Assembly (NCBI GenBank): GCA_011523785.1
Contig: WTFW01000120.1
Location: 12,114 to 76,113, forward strand
Origin: Chloroflexota bacterium
Lineage (GTDB): Bacteria; Chloroflexota; UBA11872
Direction: 5' to 3'
Length of the DNA: 64,000 nucleotides
Shown: positions 48,438 to 58,570 of the stretch, piece by piece
Numbering within the stretch: position 1 is the stretch's first letter
Layout: every line of letters begins with the position of its first letter
Made by a program: the position numbers and the translations under genes
The notes under the pieces: generated by a model
The model's database searches: none
Told to the model about the DNA's origin: nothing
Seen by the model: the letters and a program-made list of their open reading frames with translations, nothing else

Positions 48438-49398
48438 TCAGTCCCGACCGGTTGGCGCAATCGACCTTGGTGGGACCAGCGTGCGCGCAGCCGTGGTTGA
48501 CGAGAACGGCGGCATTGCGGGCTTCGTGGCCGGCGCCACGAAAGCGTCCCAGGGCCCTGATGCGGTGATCGATCGCATCGTTGACGTGCTGCACGACTCG
48601 CTGGCCCGTGCGTCCGCCACAACCTCGGACCTCGCAGCCGTCGGAATCGGCGCTCCCGGACCGCTCGACTGGGCCACCGGCGTCATACACGAGGCTCCCA
48701 ACCTGCCAGGCTGGAAGGAAGTCCCGCTGGCGGCACGTATTGGCGATGCGGTTGGCCTACCGGCCTTCCTGGAGAACGATGCCAATGCCGCGGCGCTGGC
48801 CGAGCGCCAGTACGGCGTTGGCCGGGGCGCGCTCAACATGCTCTACATCACCGTCAGCACCGGCGTCGGCGGCGGCCTGATATTGGACGGTGAGCTCTGG
48901 CACGGCGCCTACGGCAGCGCCGGCGAGTTCGGCCACATGACCGTCGACTTCGACGGCCCGCTGTGCGACTGCGGCAACCGGGGCTGCATCGAAGCCATCG
49001 CCGCCGGGCCCGACATTGCGGCCTGGGTCGTGGATCAAATCGCCGCTGGGCGCTCCAGCAGTCTCAGCGGCCAGGGCGACCTTTCCGGCCGCGATGTGGT
49101 CGAAGCCGCGCAAGAGGGCGATGCGCTCGCCGTGAGCGCCCTGGAACGGGCGGGACGCGCCGTCGGCTTTGGCGTCATCAACGTCGCCCACCTCGTCAAC
49201 CTGGACACGGTGGTCATCGGCGGCGGCATTGCCAACGCGGGCGACCTCCTGTTCGATTCGATCCGGACTACCGTGCGCGAGCATCTCCTGGAGAGCACCG
49301 CACCGAACCTGCGGCTCGAACCCTGGTCGCTGGGCGAAAACGTGGGTCTACTTGGGGCGGCTGCCGCTGCCCGCTCGCGTTTGCAGGGTGGCGTCTAG
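48430..49398 (+). CDS. ROK family sugar kinase (glucokinase-like)
   Basis: IDLGGT, ENDANAAALAE, STGVGGG, GEFGHM, CDCGNRGCIE. Confidence 0.92.
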   Translation: MPDQSRPVGAIDLGGTSVRAAVVDENGGIAGFVAGATKASQGPDAVIDRIVDVLHDSLARASATTSDLAAVGIGAPGPLDWATGVIHEAPNLPGWKEVPLAARIGDAVGLPAFLENDANAAALAERQYGVGRGALNMLYITVSTGVGGGLILDGELWHGAYGSAGEFGHMTVDFDGPLCDCGNRGCIEAIAAGPDIAAWVVDQIAAGRSSSLSGQGDLSGRDVVEAAQEGDALAVSALERAGRAVGFGVINVAHLVNLDTVVIGGGIANAGDLLFDSIRTTVREHLLESTAPNLRLEPWSLGENVGLLGAAAAARSRLQGGV

Positions 49399-50925
49399 GG
49401 CACTTCCCCAGGCCGGCAGGTAGTCCGACGCCGGGTTGTTCGTAATCCGCTGCAGGTCCGTCCCGTCGACCCGAACGGTATAGATCTCCCAGTTGGCGTC
49501 CCGGTAGCTCGCAAAGGCGATCTTCGCGCCGTCCGGCGAAAACACCGGATTCCAGTCAGGCGCCGGGTGCGTGGTCAGCCGTATCTCGTTCGACCCGTCC
49601 GCGTCCGCCACAAATACATCAAACGCGTCGCCCACCCAGCGCGCAAAGGTAATCAGCGTGCCGTCCGGGGAAAACGAAGGATCGCGCCCGCTGCTGATCA
49701 CCGAGCGCGTCCGCAAAGGATTGGCAAGGTCCACCGTCACGATGTCGGAGCCGCTGGTAAAGATCAGTTGCGTGCCGTCTGGCGACCATGCGGGGTAGCA
49801 GAGAAACCCGGCTTGATCCCCGATAATCCGCTGGTCGGAGCCGTCCGCGAACATGGTGTAAATCTCACTCTCGCCGCTGCGTGTGCTGGCAAACACCAGG
49901 CGCTCGCCATCCGGCGACCACCAGGCCTCCCAGTCCGTGGCGGTGGTGTTCGTCAGTTGCTGTGGGTTCCCACCGTCGCTGTCCGCCACAAAGACCTGGT
50001 ACCCCCCGCTTGCAAACGCGGCGTACGCAATCCGCCGCCCGTCGGGCGACCAGTTCGGGCGGCTGGTCAGGCCTCCCGACTGCGTGAGCTGCGTGAGCTC
50101 GGTTCCCGTTGGGGTCATCGACCAGAGATTCCACGCCCCGCTGCGGTTGCTCAGGAACGCCAGCAGCCCCGTCGTTCCGGCCAGGTTCGGATCGGGAATT
50201 GCGGCCGTCGCCTCGGCCGGAATCAGGCCGCCGTCCCGGTAGTCCAATCCGCTGTGAGCAATGAGGACATTGGGCGGGCTGACCGCCGCTTCGGAGTCAG
50301 GGCGCCACAGCCGGAACACCGCGCGCTGCGCCCGCAGTACCACAAGGTCGCCCCGGTCTTCGACGACCACCGGCAGGCCATAGGCATCCAGCCAGCGGTC
50401 ATTGCGAAACCAGCGGCGCTCGATCTCCGGATAACGCTTCAGCATCTCCAGGCGTTCCGCTAAGACTTCGTCAAACGCACGCCCGTCCGCTTCTCCTGCG
50501 TCCGGCGGAACCGGAATGCCGCGCGCGGTTCTCAGCCAGGGGTCCCGCCCGGCCTGGCTGAGCGCGTCGTAGACGTTCAGCAACGTCACCCCATCGGCCG
50601 CTGTCCATTGCAGGACCGCCTTCTGAAACGTCTGGAGCGTCAGGGGACCTGCCGTCCAGCGGTTGGAAATCGGGTAGCCAAGCTGTCGAACTCCACCGGC
50701 GGACTGAAAAAACGTCCAGAACGGGATGTCGTCCGCGTCGGTCACCTCGAAACCAAGACCGTCGCCCGGTCCGGCCTGCGTATAGAACCAGCCCTGGGCG
50801 CTAGCCCAATCCGCCGGCGATTCCGCCTGCGCAAACCGGGCTGGGGCAAGAAACACCCCGCCCAGGAGCGCCAGCGCCAGCAGCGCGCCCCGAATGCTGC
50901 GCTGGCGACGGGCGCTAGAGGGCAT
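49348..50925 (-). CDS. Secreted TolB-like (PD40) beta-propeller protein with Chloroflexi-type N-terminal domain
   Basis: Signal peptide ending AQA; GG..LGYPIS..QTFQKAVLQW domain; five (W/F)SPDG repeats. Confidence 0.8.
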   Translation of the reverse strand: MPSSARRQRSIRGALLALALLGGVFLAPARFAQAESPADWASAQGWFYTQAGPGDGLGFEVTDADDIPFWTFFQSAGGVRQLGYPISNRWTAGPLTLQTFQKAVLQWTAADGVTLLNVYDALSQAGRDPWLRTARGIPVPPDAGEADGRAFDEVLAERLEMLKRYPEIERRWFRNDRWLDAYGLPVVVEDRGDLVVLRAQRAVFRLWRPDSEAAVSPPNVLIAHSGLDYRDGGLIPAEATAAIPDPNLAGTTGLLAFLSNRSGAWNLWSMTPTGTELTQLTQSGGLTSRPNWSPDGRRIAYAAFASGGYQVFVADSDGGNPQQLTNTTATDWEAWWSPDGERLVFASTRSGESEIYTMFADGSDQRIIGDQAGFLCYPAWSPDGTQLIFTSGSDIVTVDLANPLRTRSVISSGRDPSFSPDGTLITFARWVGDAFDVFVADADGSNEIRLTTHPAPDWNPVFSPDGAKIAFASYRDANWEIYTVRVDGTDLQRITNNPASDYLPAWGSALDATLQTRAGSGSRPK

Positions 50926-51065
50926 GGGGCGACATTGACCGTGGAGGTGGCGGCGGGCACTGTAGCCCACTCGCGCGAATGCGAATGTAATACGGATTCG
51001 ATTTCGTGCAAGAATTGGCCCCGCATCCGCGCGGGCGAGTCAGCAATCCCAGGTAGGTAGCCTCA

Positions 51066-51908
51066 ATGGCCGAATATGTGAATCCAGACACCCTCGTCGA
51101 CACCGACTGGGTCGCTGCCCATGGCGGCGACGATGACGTCCGCCTGGTCGAGGTGGATGTCGACACGTCCTCGTACGACTCCGGGCACATTCCCGGCGCC
51201 GTGGGTTGGAATTGGGAGACGCAGCTTTCCGACGGCATCCGGCGCGACATTGCCTCGCCGGAACAGTGGAAGGAGCTGCTCGAAAGCTCCGGCATCGCCG
51301 CCGACACCCACGTCATTCTGTACGGCGACAACAACAACTGGTTTGCCGCATTTGCCTACTGGCAGTTCAAGATGGGTGGGCACGAGCGCGTGAGCCTGAT
51401 GAACGGCGGCCGGCTCAAGTGGGAGCAGGAAGGCCGCGAGTTGACCACCGACGAGACCGTCGTCGAGTCCACCACCTACGAGGCCGGTGAGGCCGACCCG
51501 TCGTTGCGTGTCTTGCAGCCGGATGTCCGCGCCGCGCTTGGCGACGGCTCCACCGTGCTGGTGGACGTGCGTTCGCCCGCCGAGTTCACCGGCGAGATCC
51601 TGGCTCCGCCGGGCCTCCAGGAACTGTCACAGCGCGGCGGCCACATTCCCGGCGCCGACAACGTGCCCTGGCTAACCGCCGTCAACGAGGCCGATGGAAC
51701 ATTCAAGTCGGCCGACGAGTTGCTGGAGATTTATGGTCCGCTCGGCGCTACGGGCGATGCACCCGTCATCACCTACTGCCGCATCGGCGAGCGCTCCGCC
51801 CACACCTGGTTCGCGCTGCACGAGTTGCTCGGCGTCGGCAACGTCCGCAACTACGACGGCTCCTGGACGGAGTGGGGCTCGATGATCGGACAGCCGATCG
51901 AGCGCTGA
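51066..51908 (+). CDS. Sulfurtransferase (double rhodanese, CysA/SseA type)
   Basis: GHIPGA twice, active site YCRIGERS, NYDGSWTEWG. Confidence 0.93.
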   Translation: MAEYVNPDTLVDTDWVAAHGGDDDVRLVEVDVDTSSYDSGHIPGAVGWNWETQLSDGIRRDIASPEQWKELLESSGIAADTHVILYGDNNNWFAAFAYWQFKMGGHERVSLMNGGRLKWEQEGRELTTDETVVESTTYEAGEADPSLRVLQPDVRAALGDGSTVLVDVRSPAEFTGEILAPPGLQELSQRGGHIPGADNVPWLTAVNEADGTFKSADELLEIYGPLGATGDAPVITYCRIGERSAHTWFALHELLGVGNVRNYDGSWTEWGSMIGQPIER

Positions 51909-51932
51909 GCCGCGTGCCGCGGACGCGATCGC

Positions 51933-53534
51933 CTAGGCGTTGAGTGAAACCTGCGCCAGGTCGATTGCGCCGCTCACCGGGTCGATTCCGAACCCCGTCA
52001 CGTCAGGCTTCAGCAGGAAGGCTGAGGCGTGGCTGCCTATGGCGATTGCCGGCGCCTCGGATTCCAGCACGGCGTCGGCGGCCGCGTAGGCCTCCCGCTG
52101 GGCCTCCTGGTCCGTTGTCGCGGCTGCCGTGGCCAGGTGTTGGTCAAACGCGCTGTTGGCCCAGCCCGTGCGGAAGAAGTCCATGTCGGAACGCCACAGG
52201 TCATCCAGCCAGTTGGCGGGGTGGCGGTATTCCGAAGTCCAGCCGGCGCGATAGGCGTCAAAGTCGCCGGGCGCGTTCGAGAAGTCCAGAAAGTCGCGCC
52301 ACTCGCGCACGTCCGGCTGCACCGCCACGCCCAGCGTGTCGCCCCAAATTCGGGTCAGTTCGGCGGCCAGCCGATCCCACTGGTCCGTGCGGTGGTAGGT
52401 GAAACGCAGGGGCGGGAGGCCTTCACCGTTGGGAAACCCGGCGCTCGCCAGCAGGGCCCGCGCCTCGTCGACGTTCGGCGCGCCGCCCGGCTCGGCCGCC
52501 AGGATGCTCCCGGGTGTCAGCCGCTGCGCCGGCAGCGTGGGCTGGTCGAACACGGCCGCGGTCAACGCCTCGCGGTCGAGCGCCAGCGATAGCGCGCGCC
52601 GCACGGCTGCCGCGTCCCAGGGCGCCTTGCGCGTGTTGAACACGATGAACCACGTGCCCGCGCGCTCGAACAGCCGCACCTGCGGCCGCAGGTCCGCGTT
52701 GGCCATCGCCGACCTGTAGTCCGCTCCGCTCACGCTGGCGGCGTGCGCCGGACTTGCATGAAAGTCCTGTAGCCGCGAGTCGGCGGAGCGCGGGAATCGA
52801 ATCACGACGTCGCTGAACACCGGCGGCGCCGGACCGCCGTATTCCGTATTGCGATGCAGCGTCATGCCCAAGCCGCGGTCCCACTGCGCCAGCTTGTACG
52901 GCCCGTTGCTGCGAATCCGGATCGGGTCGGTCCAAGAGGCCCCCGTGCCCTCGATTTCCGCCCGTGGCAGCGGAACGAACGTCGAGGTCGCCACGCGCGC
53001 CAGGAATCCGGGCGTGGAGCTTCTCAGGTGCACCCGCAGGGTCGACGTGTCCGGCGCGCCTATCTCCGGCTCGTCGCGATTGCGGCCGCCAGCGGCATAG
53101 CTCTCCGCCCCCGTGATCGGGAACAGGAGGTAGTTAAACGTGGCGCCCAGTTCCGGCGCCAGGTTGCGCCGCCAGGACCAGACAAAATCGTCGGACGAGA
53201 CCGCCTCACCCGACGTCCATCGGCCGCTGGCCGCAAGATTGAACTGGTAGGCATGCCCGGCGTCCGTGATCTGCCACGATTCGGCGGCGGCTGGTTGGGC
53301 CAGGCCACCTTCGCCGACGCGGACGAGCGGCTCGAACAGAGCCTCCGCAACCGTCGCCTCCTGCGGCTGCGCGACCAGCGCCGGATCGATGGTGGCGGGC
53401 TCGTCCAGCAGCAGTTCGAGGCGCTGGCCTTGGTCGTCGCCTTCGAGCGTTAGCGGTCCTTCGCACGCCGCCAGGGCCGCAAGCGCAACGCCGCTACCGG
53501 CCAGGCCAACAAACCGCCGACGGTTCAGCGGCAT
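51933..53534 (-). CDS. Peptide ABC transporter substrate-binding protein (family 5), Tat lipoprotein
   Basis: NRRRF twin-arginine signal, LAAC lipobox, SNGPYKL, VRRALSLALDR. Confidence 0.9.
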   Translation of the reverse strand: MPLNRRRFVGLAGSGVALAALAACEGPLTLEGDDQGQRLELLLDEPATIDPALVAQPQEATVAEALFEPLVRVGEGGLAQPAAAESWQITDAGHAYQFNLAASGRWTSGEAVSSDDFVWSWRRNLAPELGATFNYLLFPITGAESYAAGGRNRDEPEIGAPDTSTLRVHLRSSTPGFLARVATSTFVPLPRAEIEGTGASWTDPIRIRSNGPYKLAQWDRGLGMTLHRNTEYGGPAPPVFSDVVIRFPRSADSRLQDFHASPAHAASVSGADYRSAMANADLRPQVRLFERAGTWFIVFNTRKAPWDAAAVRRALSLALDREALTAAVFDQPTLPAQRLTPGSILAAEPGGAPNVDEARALLASAGFPNGEGLPPLRFTYHRTDQWDRLAAELTRIWGDTLGVAVQPDVREWRDFLDFSNAPGDFDAYRAGWTSEYRHPANWLDDLWRSDMDFFRTGWANSAFDQHLATAAATTDQEAQREAYAAADAVLESEAPAIAIGSHASAFLLKPDVTGFGIDPVSGAIDLAQVSLNA

Positions 53535-53538
53535 GGGA

Positions 53539-55152
53539 TCAACCGGCGATCGTCAGCTCGGTGAGCCACTCTCGCGTCATCGGGCGGCCGGCATAACCTT
53601 CCACCCCGGGCTGCACCAGCTCGTGCGATACAAAGAACAGCAGGGGAATCAACACCCCTTGCTCGATGACTCGATTTTCGATCTCCCCATAGCGCGCCAG
53701 CCGCTCGTCGTCGGTAGCGGCCGACCGAGCCTGCTGAATGAGGTTGTCGACGACATCATCCGAATAGCGCCACGAGTTGTCCGGTCGGTTGGAACCGAAC
53801 AGCTCGCCGGTGAAGTTGAAGGCGTCGTGGAAGTCGGCCGACCACCCAAGGAAAAACGCCTGGATGTCGTGGTCCGGATCATCCAGCGAGGTGAGGAGAT
53901 CGTCGAAAGAGCGCACCTCGATCACCACGTCCACGCCAAGTTCGGTACGCCACGGATCGACGATGAGCTCCACGAATGGACTCCCTGACAGGCCGTCGCC
54001 CGGCGCTACCACGGTGATGGGCGGCAGGGCGTCGGCGCCGCCGTAGCTCGACTTCTCAAGTTCAGCCTGCGCCGCGTCCAGGTCAAATGCCAGGCCTTCG
54101 AAATCCGCCCGGTGACCTGGCAAGCCCGGCGGAACGACGCCCCTGGCCTCCCGCTGTGTTCCGGCCAGCACGACCTCATTGATGAACGACCGGTCGGTGG
54201 CCAGGGCCAGGGCTCGCCGCACATGCACGTCGTCGAACGGCGCCAGCGTCGTGTTGAAGCCAAGGTATTGGAACGCCAGGTCGGGCGTGCTGATCAATTG
54301 GCTGCTGCGCGGTTCATTCGGGTCGCGAAACCGGTTCAGATCGGACGCCCCGATTGAGATCAGGTCAAGCTCGTCGTTCTCGTACAGCAAGAGATTCTCG
54401 CCGACGTCAAGCTGATGGAACTCAACGACCGCCGGTCCACCCGGCCGCCAGGGCGCCGTATCCGCCCGGCCCAGCCTGATCAGCGATTCCGGCCGCCAGT
54501 CGAGGAGTTGGTAAGGCCCCGAACCGTTGGGCGAGCGCCACCACTCGCCGGCCGCCGCGACGGTGCGTTGGTCCACCACCAGTGTGGGGCCGGCGCTGAG
54601 CTTGCTCGGGAAGAAGGACAGCGGTGTGGTCAGCGCGACCTCAAGCGTCCGCGTGCCGCGCACCCGCAGCCCCGAGACCGACTCCGCCTCACCCGCCGCG
54701 TACTCCGCCGCGCCCTCAATGTCTTCCAGGAACACGGGGCCCGAGAGCGAACCGGTGTCCGGGTCCAGGGCGCGGCGCCACGACCAGACGACGTCCGTTG
54801 CGGTCAACGGGGTTCCGTCGTGAAACCTCGCCTGCTGGCGAATGGTGAAGGTGTACGTCAGGCCGTCGCTGCTGACGGTCCAGGCCGAAGCCAGGTCGGG
54901 TTCGACCGACAAATCGGGCGCAATGCGCGTGAGACCGGCGAAGATCTCCTGCACATACTCGGCTGAGCCCGTGTCGCGCACGTGAACCGGATCAAGGGTC
55001 AGCGGCTCGTTGGCCGCCAGCCGCAACGTGCCTGACGCGGCAGGCTGCGTAGGCCCCGCATCGCCCCCGCCGAATACCGTGAACCCCAGCGCCAGCGCCG
55101 CGGCCAGAACCAATCCGCGGCCCGCGCGTCTCCACTTGGAGGCCTTAGGCAC
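53539..55152 (-). CDS. Peptide ABC transporter substrate-binding protein (family 5)
   Basis: PDLASAWTVSSDGLTYTF, FHDGTPLTA, GSGPY, VRRALALA. Confidence 0.9.
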   Translation of the reverse strand: MPKASKWRRAGRGLVLAAALALGFTVFGGGDAGPTQPAASGTLRLAANEPLTLDPVHVRDTGSAEYVQEIFAGLTRIAPDLSVEPDLASAWTVSSDGLTYTFTIRQQARFHDGTPLTATDVVWSWRRALDPDTGSLSGPVFLEDIEGAAEYAAGEAESVSGLRVRGTRTLEVALTTPLSFFPSKLSAGPTLVVDQRTVAAAGEWWRSPNGSGPYQLLDWRPESLIRLGRADTAPWRPGGPAVVEFHQLDVGENLLLYENDELDLISIGASDLNRFRDPNEPRSSQLISTPDLAFQYLGFNTTLAPFDDVHVRRALALATDRSFINEVVLAGTQREARGVVPPGLPGHRADFEGLAFDLDAAQAELEKSSYGGADALPPITVVAPGDGLSGSPFVELIVDPWRTELGVDVVIEVRSFDDLLTSLDDPDHDIQAFFLGWSADFHDAFNFTGELFGSNRPDNSWRYSDDVVDNLIQQARSAATDDERLARYGEIENRVIEQGVLIPLLFFVSHELVQPGVEGYAGRPMTREWLTELTIAG

Positions 55153-55630
55153 CCACGTTCTCTGGGTTCTGACGGCTCAGCAGGTCTTCCGCTCGAAGCA
55201 TGATCGTGCGCTCGTTCACGTGATGCAGCATGCGCACCGCGTCCGGCATCGCCACCCAGCGCGCCTCCACGTGCTCCGCCGGGTCGGGGCGAATGCTGCC
55301 GCCGGTGGACCGCAGCAAGTACTGATGCACGACTTTCGGCACAAACCCCGTCCACAGGTCGGGACGGACTTCGTAGCGAATCTCGCCCAGGTCGTCCACC
55401 ACTTCGCCCACGATGCCGGTTTCTTCCAGGACTTCGCGCACCGCCGCGTCCTTGGGCGCTTCGCCCGGCTCCACGGCGCCCTTGGGCAGGACCCAGGCGC
55501 CGCGCTGCGTCTGGACCACGGCCACCTGAATCTGGCCGTTCTTCTGGCGAAAGATCACGCCGCCTGACGATTCGAGGAAGGGTTCCTCGCTGCCGGCGGC
55601 GACTGCGGGCTGATCGGCGGCTTCTGCCAT
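55145..55630 (-). CDS. NUDIX hydrolase
   Basis: WVLPKGAVEPGEAPKDAAVREVLEETG. Confidence 0.9.
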   Translation of the reverse strand: MAEAADQPAVAAGSEEPFLESSGGVIFRQKNGQIQVAVVQTQRGAWVLPKGAVEPGEAPKDAAVREVLEETGIVGEVVDDLGEIRYEVRPDLWTGFVPKVVHQYLLRSTGGSIRPDPAEHVEARWVAMPDAVRMLHHVNERTIMLRAEDLLSRQNPENVGA

Positions 55631-55639
55631 TGGGTGCTC

Positions 55640-56224
55640 CTATGCCGTGTGGACGTCGCGGTAGGCGAATCCAAGGTGCGACCGGCTGGGGGTGGATCCC
55701 CGCTGGTCCTGATACTTGCTGTCCAAACCCGGCGAGCCGTACGGACGTTCCGCCGGGCTCGTGAGTTGCATCACCGAAAGCTGGCTGACCCGCATGCCGG
55801 GCCAGAGCAGGATGGGCAAGTTGGCGTGGTTCGACAACTCCAGCGTCAAACTGCCGCGAAAGCCGGGATCTACATAGCCTGCGGTGCTGTGCACCATTAA
55901 TCCTAGCCGTCCCAGCGAACTCTTGCCCTCGATGCGGCCCACGAGGTCGTCCGCCATCTGGATAGTCTCCACCGTGCCCCCCAGCACGAACTCGCCGGGG
56001 TGGAGGACGAAACTGGCGCCGTCGTCGACCTCGACGGTCTTGGTCAGGTCCGGCTGGTTCAGTTTCGGATCGATATGCGTCTCGGTCTGATTCACAAAGA
56101 CCTGGAACCGTGAGCCCAGGCGCAAGTCGATGCTCGATGGCTGAATAGCGGTTTCGTCGAGCGGCGTGACGTGGAGACGGCCTGACGCGATCGCCTCGCG
56201 CAGAGCCCGATCGCTCAGGACCAC
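55640..56224 (-). CDS. dcd: dCTP deaminase
   Basis: QPSSIDLRL, EGKSSLGRLGL, STAGYVDPGF, TLELSN, SKYQ. Confidence 0.95.
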   Translation of the reverse strand: MVLSDRALREAIASGRLHVTPLDETAIQPSSIDLRLGSRFQVFVNQTETHIDPKLNQPDLTKTVEVDDGASFVLHPGEFVLGGTVETIQMADDLVGRIEGKSSLGRLGLMVHSTAGYVDPGFRGSLTLELSNHANLPILLWPGMRVSQLSVMQLTSPAERPYGSPGLDSKYQDQRGSTPSRSHLGFAYRDVHTA

Positions 56225-56304
56225 TCGCCCCCCTTTTCGCGGCCACTGGCCGCGCGGCGCCGATGCTACCGTACGCCTGCCCCGCGAGGCGTACGGGTTG
56301 GTCC

Positions 56305-57780
56305 GTGGTGATTCTTGCCATTGACCAGGGCACGACGGGCACCACGACCCTGGTCATCGACGAGGACAGCCGCATCGTCGGCCGGGCCTACGCGCCGGTC
56401 GATCAGAGCTATCCGCGTCCGGGCTGGGTGGAGCACGACCCCAATCAGATCTGGGACGGCGTGCAGCGCACCACCCGACAGGTGCTTGAGGCCGCGCCGG
56501 CTGGAACCGTTGCGGCGATCGGCATCACCAACCAGCGCGAAACGGCCGTGGCCTGGGACGCGGCGACCCTGGAGCCCCTGGGGCCGGCCATCGTCTGGCA
56601 GGACGTCCGCACCGGGCCGGCCATGGCCGACCTGGAAGCCGGTGGCCACGGGGATGTGATCCGGGCAATCACCGGCCTGCGGCCCAGCCCTTATTTCAGC
56701 GCCGGCAAGTTTGGCTGGATGCTGGACCACGTGCCCGAGGTCGCCTCGGCTCGCGACAGCGGCCGTTTGCGCCTCGGAACCGTCGATGCCTGGCTGATTG
56801 CCCGGCTGTCCGGCGGCGCCCACCGCATCGACGCCACCAACGCCTCCCGAACCCTGCTGATGGATCTCGACACGGGCTGCTGGTCGACGGACATGACCGA
56901 GCTGTTTGAGATTCCATTGCACGCCCTGCCGGAGATTGTTCCCTCGGTCGGCCGGTGCGCGGTGACTGGCAGCGATGCGCCGGTCGCCTCCGGAACCCCG
57001 ATCAGCGGCATCGCGGGCGACCAACAGGCCGCCCTGTTCGGTCACCTGGCGGTGTCGTCCGGGGCCGCCAAGGTGACCTACGGCACCGGTTGCTTCCTCC
57101 TGCAGCACGCGGGCGACGCGCGGCCGCCCGACATCGAAGACCTGCTGACGACGCTGGCGCTGGGTCGGCCCGATGGCTTGACCTATGCCTACGAAGGCAG
57201 CGTGTTCACCGGCGGCGCCCTGGTGCAGTGGCTGCGCGACGAACTGGGCCTGATTGGCGCCGCCCCCGAAATCGAAGCGCTGGCGCGGGCGGTGCCGGAT
57301 ACCGCCGGGGCGGTGATTGTTCCGGCCTTCACGGGGCTCGGTGCGCCGTACTGGGATCCCGACGCGCGCGGCGCGATTCTCGGCCTCACGCGCGGGGTCT
57401 CAGGCTCTCACCTGGCCCGCGCCGCGCTGGAAGCCATTGTCCACCAGGTTCAGGACGTCCTGGACCTCATGCCGCCGCTCCAGGGCGAACTGTTCGTCGA
57501 CGGCGGCGCAGCCGCCAATGACTTGCTGCTGCAACTCCAGGCCTCCAGCGCCAACCGTCCGGTCGCCCGGCCGGTGGATATCGAGACCACGGCGCTCGGC
57601 GCGGCCTACCTGGCGGGCCTGGCCGAAGGCGTATGGGCCAGCGTGGACGAGCTGCGCTCGCTTCGCCCGGACCCAGCCCTGTTCGAGTCGGGCTTGGAGA
57701 CGCTCGCGATCGATCGTCCCACCTGGCGCCGCGCCGTCGGGCGCACCCGCGGCTGGGCCGCGCCCCCGTCGGACGCGTGA
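56305..57780 (+). CDS. glpK: Glycerol kinase
   Basis: AIDQGTTG, GWVEHDP, ITNQRET, TNASRT, GDQQAALFG, KVTYGTG, GLGAPYW. Confidence 0.92.
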   Translation: MVILAIDQGTTGTTTLVIDEDSRIVGRAYAPVDQSYPRPGWVEHDPNQIWDGVQRTTRQVLEAAPAGTVAAIGITNQRETAVAWDAATLEPLGPAIVWQDVRTGPAMADLEAGGHGDVIRAITGLRPSPYFSAGKFGWMLDHVPEVASARDSGRLRLGTVDAWLIARLSGGAHRIDATNASRTLLMDLDTGCWSTDMTELFEIPLHALPEIVPSVGRCAVTGSDAPVASGTPISGIAGDQQAALFGHLAVSSGAAKVTYGTGCFLLQHAGDARPPDIEDLLTTLALGRPDGLTYAYEGSVFTGGALVQWLRDELGLIGAAPEIEALARAVPDTAGAVIVPAFTGLGAPYWDPDARGAILGLTRGVSGSHLARAALEAIVHQVQDVLDLMPPLQGELFVDGGAAANDLLLQLQASSANRPVARPVDIETTALGAAYLAGLAEGVWASVDELRSLRPDPALFESGLETLAIDRPTWRRAVGRTRGWAAPPSDA

Positions 57781-57793
57781 GAGACTGCCGCCA

Positions 57794-58564
57794 ATGAGCC
57801 TGCAAGTCGCGTTCTGCCTGTGGGGTCTGCCCGACGATCAGGCCGCCGCCACCGAATTCGCCGCCGCCGCCGGGTTCCAGTCCGTGGATGTCCGCCCCGG
57901 CTATAGCCGGCTATCGGAAACGGAACGAACCCTCCCAATTACCTGCATGGCGGTCGCCCACCTCATGCCCGACGGCGCCTTGCTGGACGCCACCTCGGAG
58001 GCCGCCCGGCAGCTTGCGGTGGACCACGTTCGGACTGGAATCCTCGAAGCCCGGCATCTCGGCATTCCCGACGTGTATCTCGCGCCCCCCGCCACGCCCG
58101 ACGCCCCAGCCATCGCGGCCTACCGAGAATCGGCTCTTATCCTGGCTGACCAAGCCCGGCGCGCCGGCATCCGCCTCGGCATCGAGCACTTCCCCGGCCG
58201 CGGTCTTCCCACCGTCCGCGAAACGCTCGACTTCATCACGGCCTGCGGCCACGACAACCTCTACTTGCTGCTTGACGTCGGCCACAACCAGATCGCCGGC
58301 GAGTCCGTGGCCGAGTCAATCCAGGCCGCCGGCGACCGCCTGCAATACGTCCACGTCAACGACAACGACGCCCGGAGCGACCTGCACCTTGGCTTGCTGG
58401 AAGGCGTCCAGGACGAGGCCTGGGTCAGAGAAGCCCTGCGGGCGGTTGTCGAGGCGCCCTACAAGGGTCCCGTGAGCGTCGAAGTCAACATGGCCTTGGA
58501 CGATCCACGAACCTCTGCCGCCAGCAGCCTTGCGATAGTCCGTCGGCTGGAGCCGCGGGACTAA
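57794..58564 (+). CDS. Sugar phosphate isomerase/epimerase (xylose isomerase-like TIM barrel)
   Basis: GIEH, LDVGH, VHVNDN, VSVE metal-ligand pattern. Confidence 0.82.
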   Translation: MSLQVAFCLWGLPDDQAAATEFAAAAGFQSVDVRPGYSRLSETERTLPITCMAVAHLMPDGALLDATSEAARQLAVDHVRTGILEARHLGIPDVYLAPPATPDAPAIAAYRESALILADQARRAGIRLGIEHFPGRGLPTVRETLDFITACGHDNLYLLLDVGHNQIAGESVAESIQAAGDRLQYVHVNDNDARSDLHLGLLEGVQDEAWVREALRAVVEAPYKGPVSVEVNMALDDPRTSAASSLAIVRRLEPRD

Positions 58565-58570
58565 GCCGAG

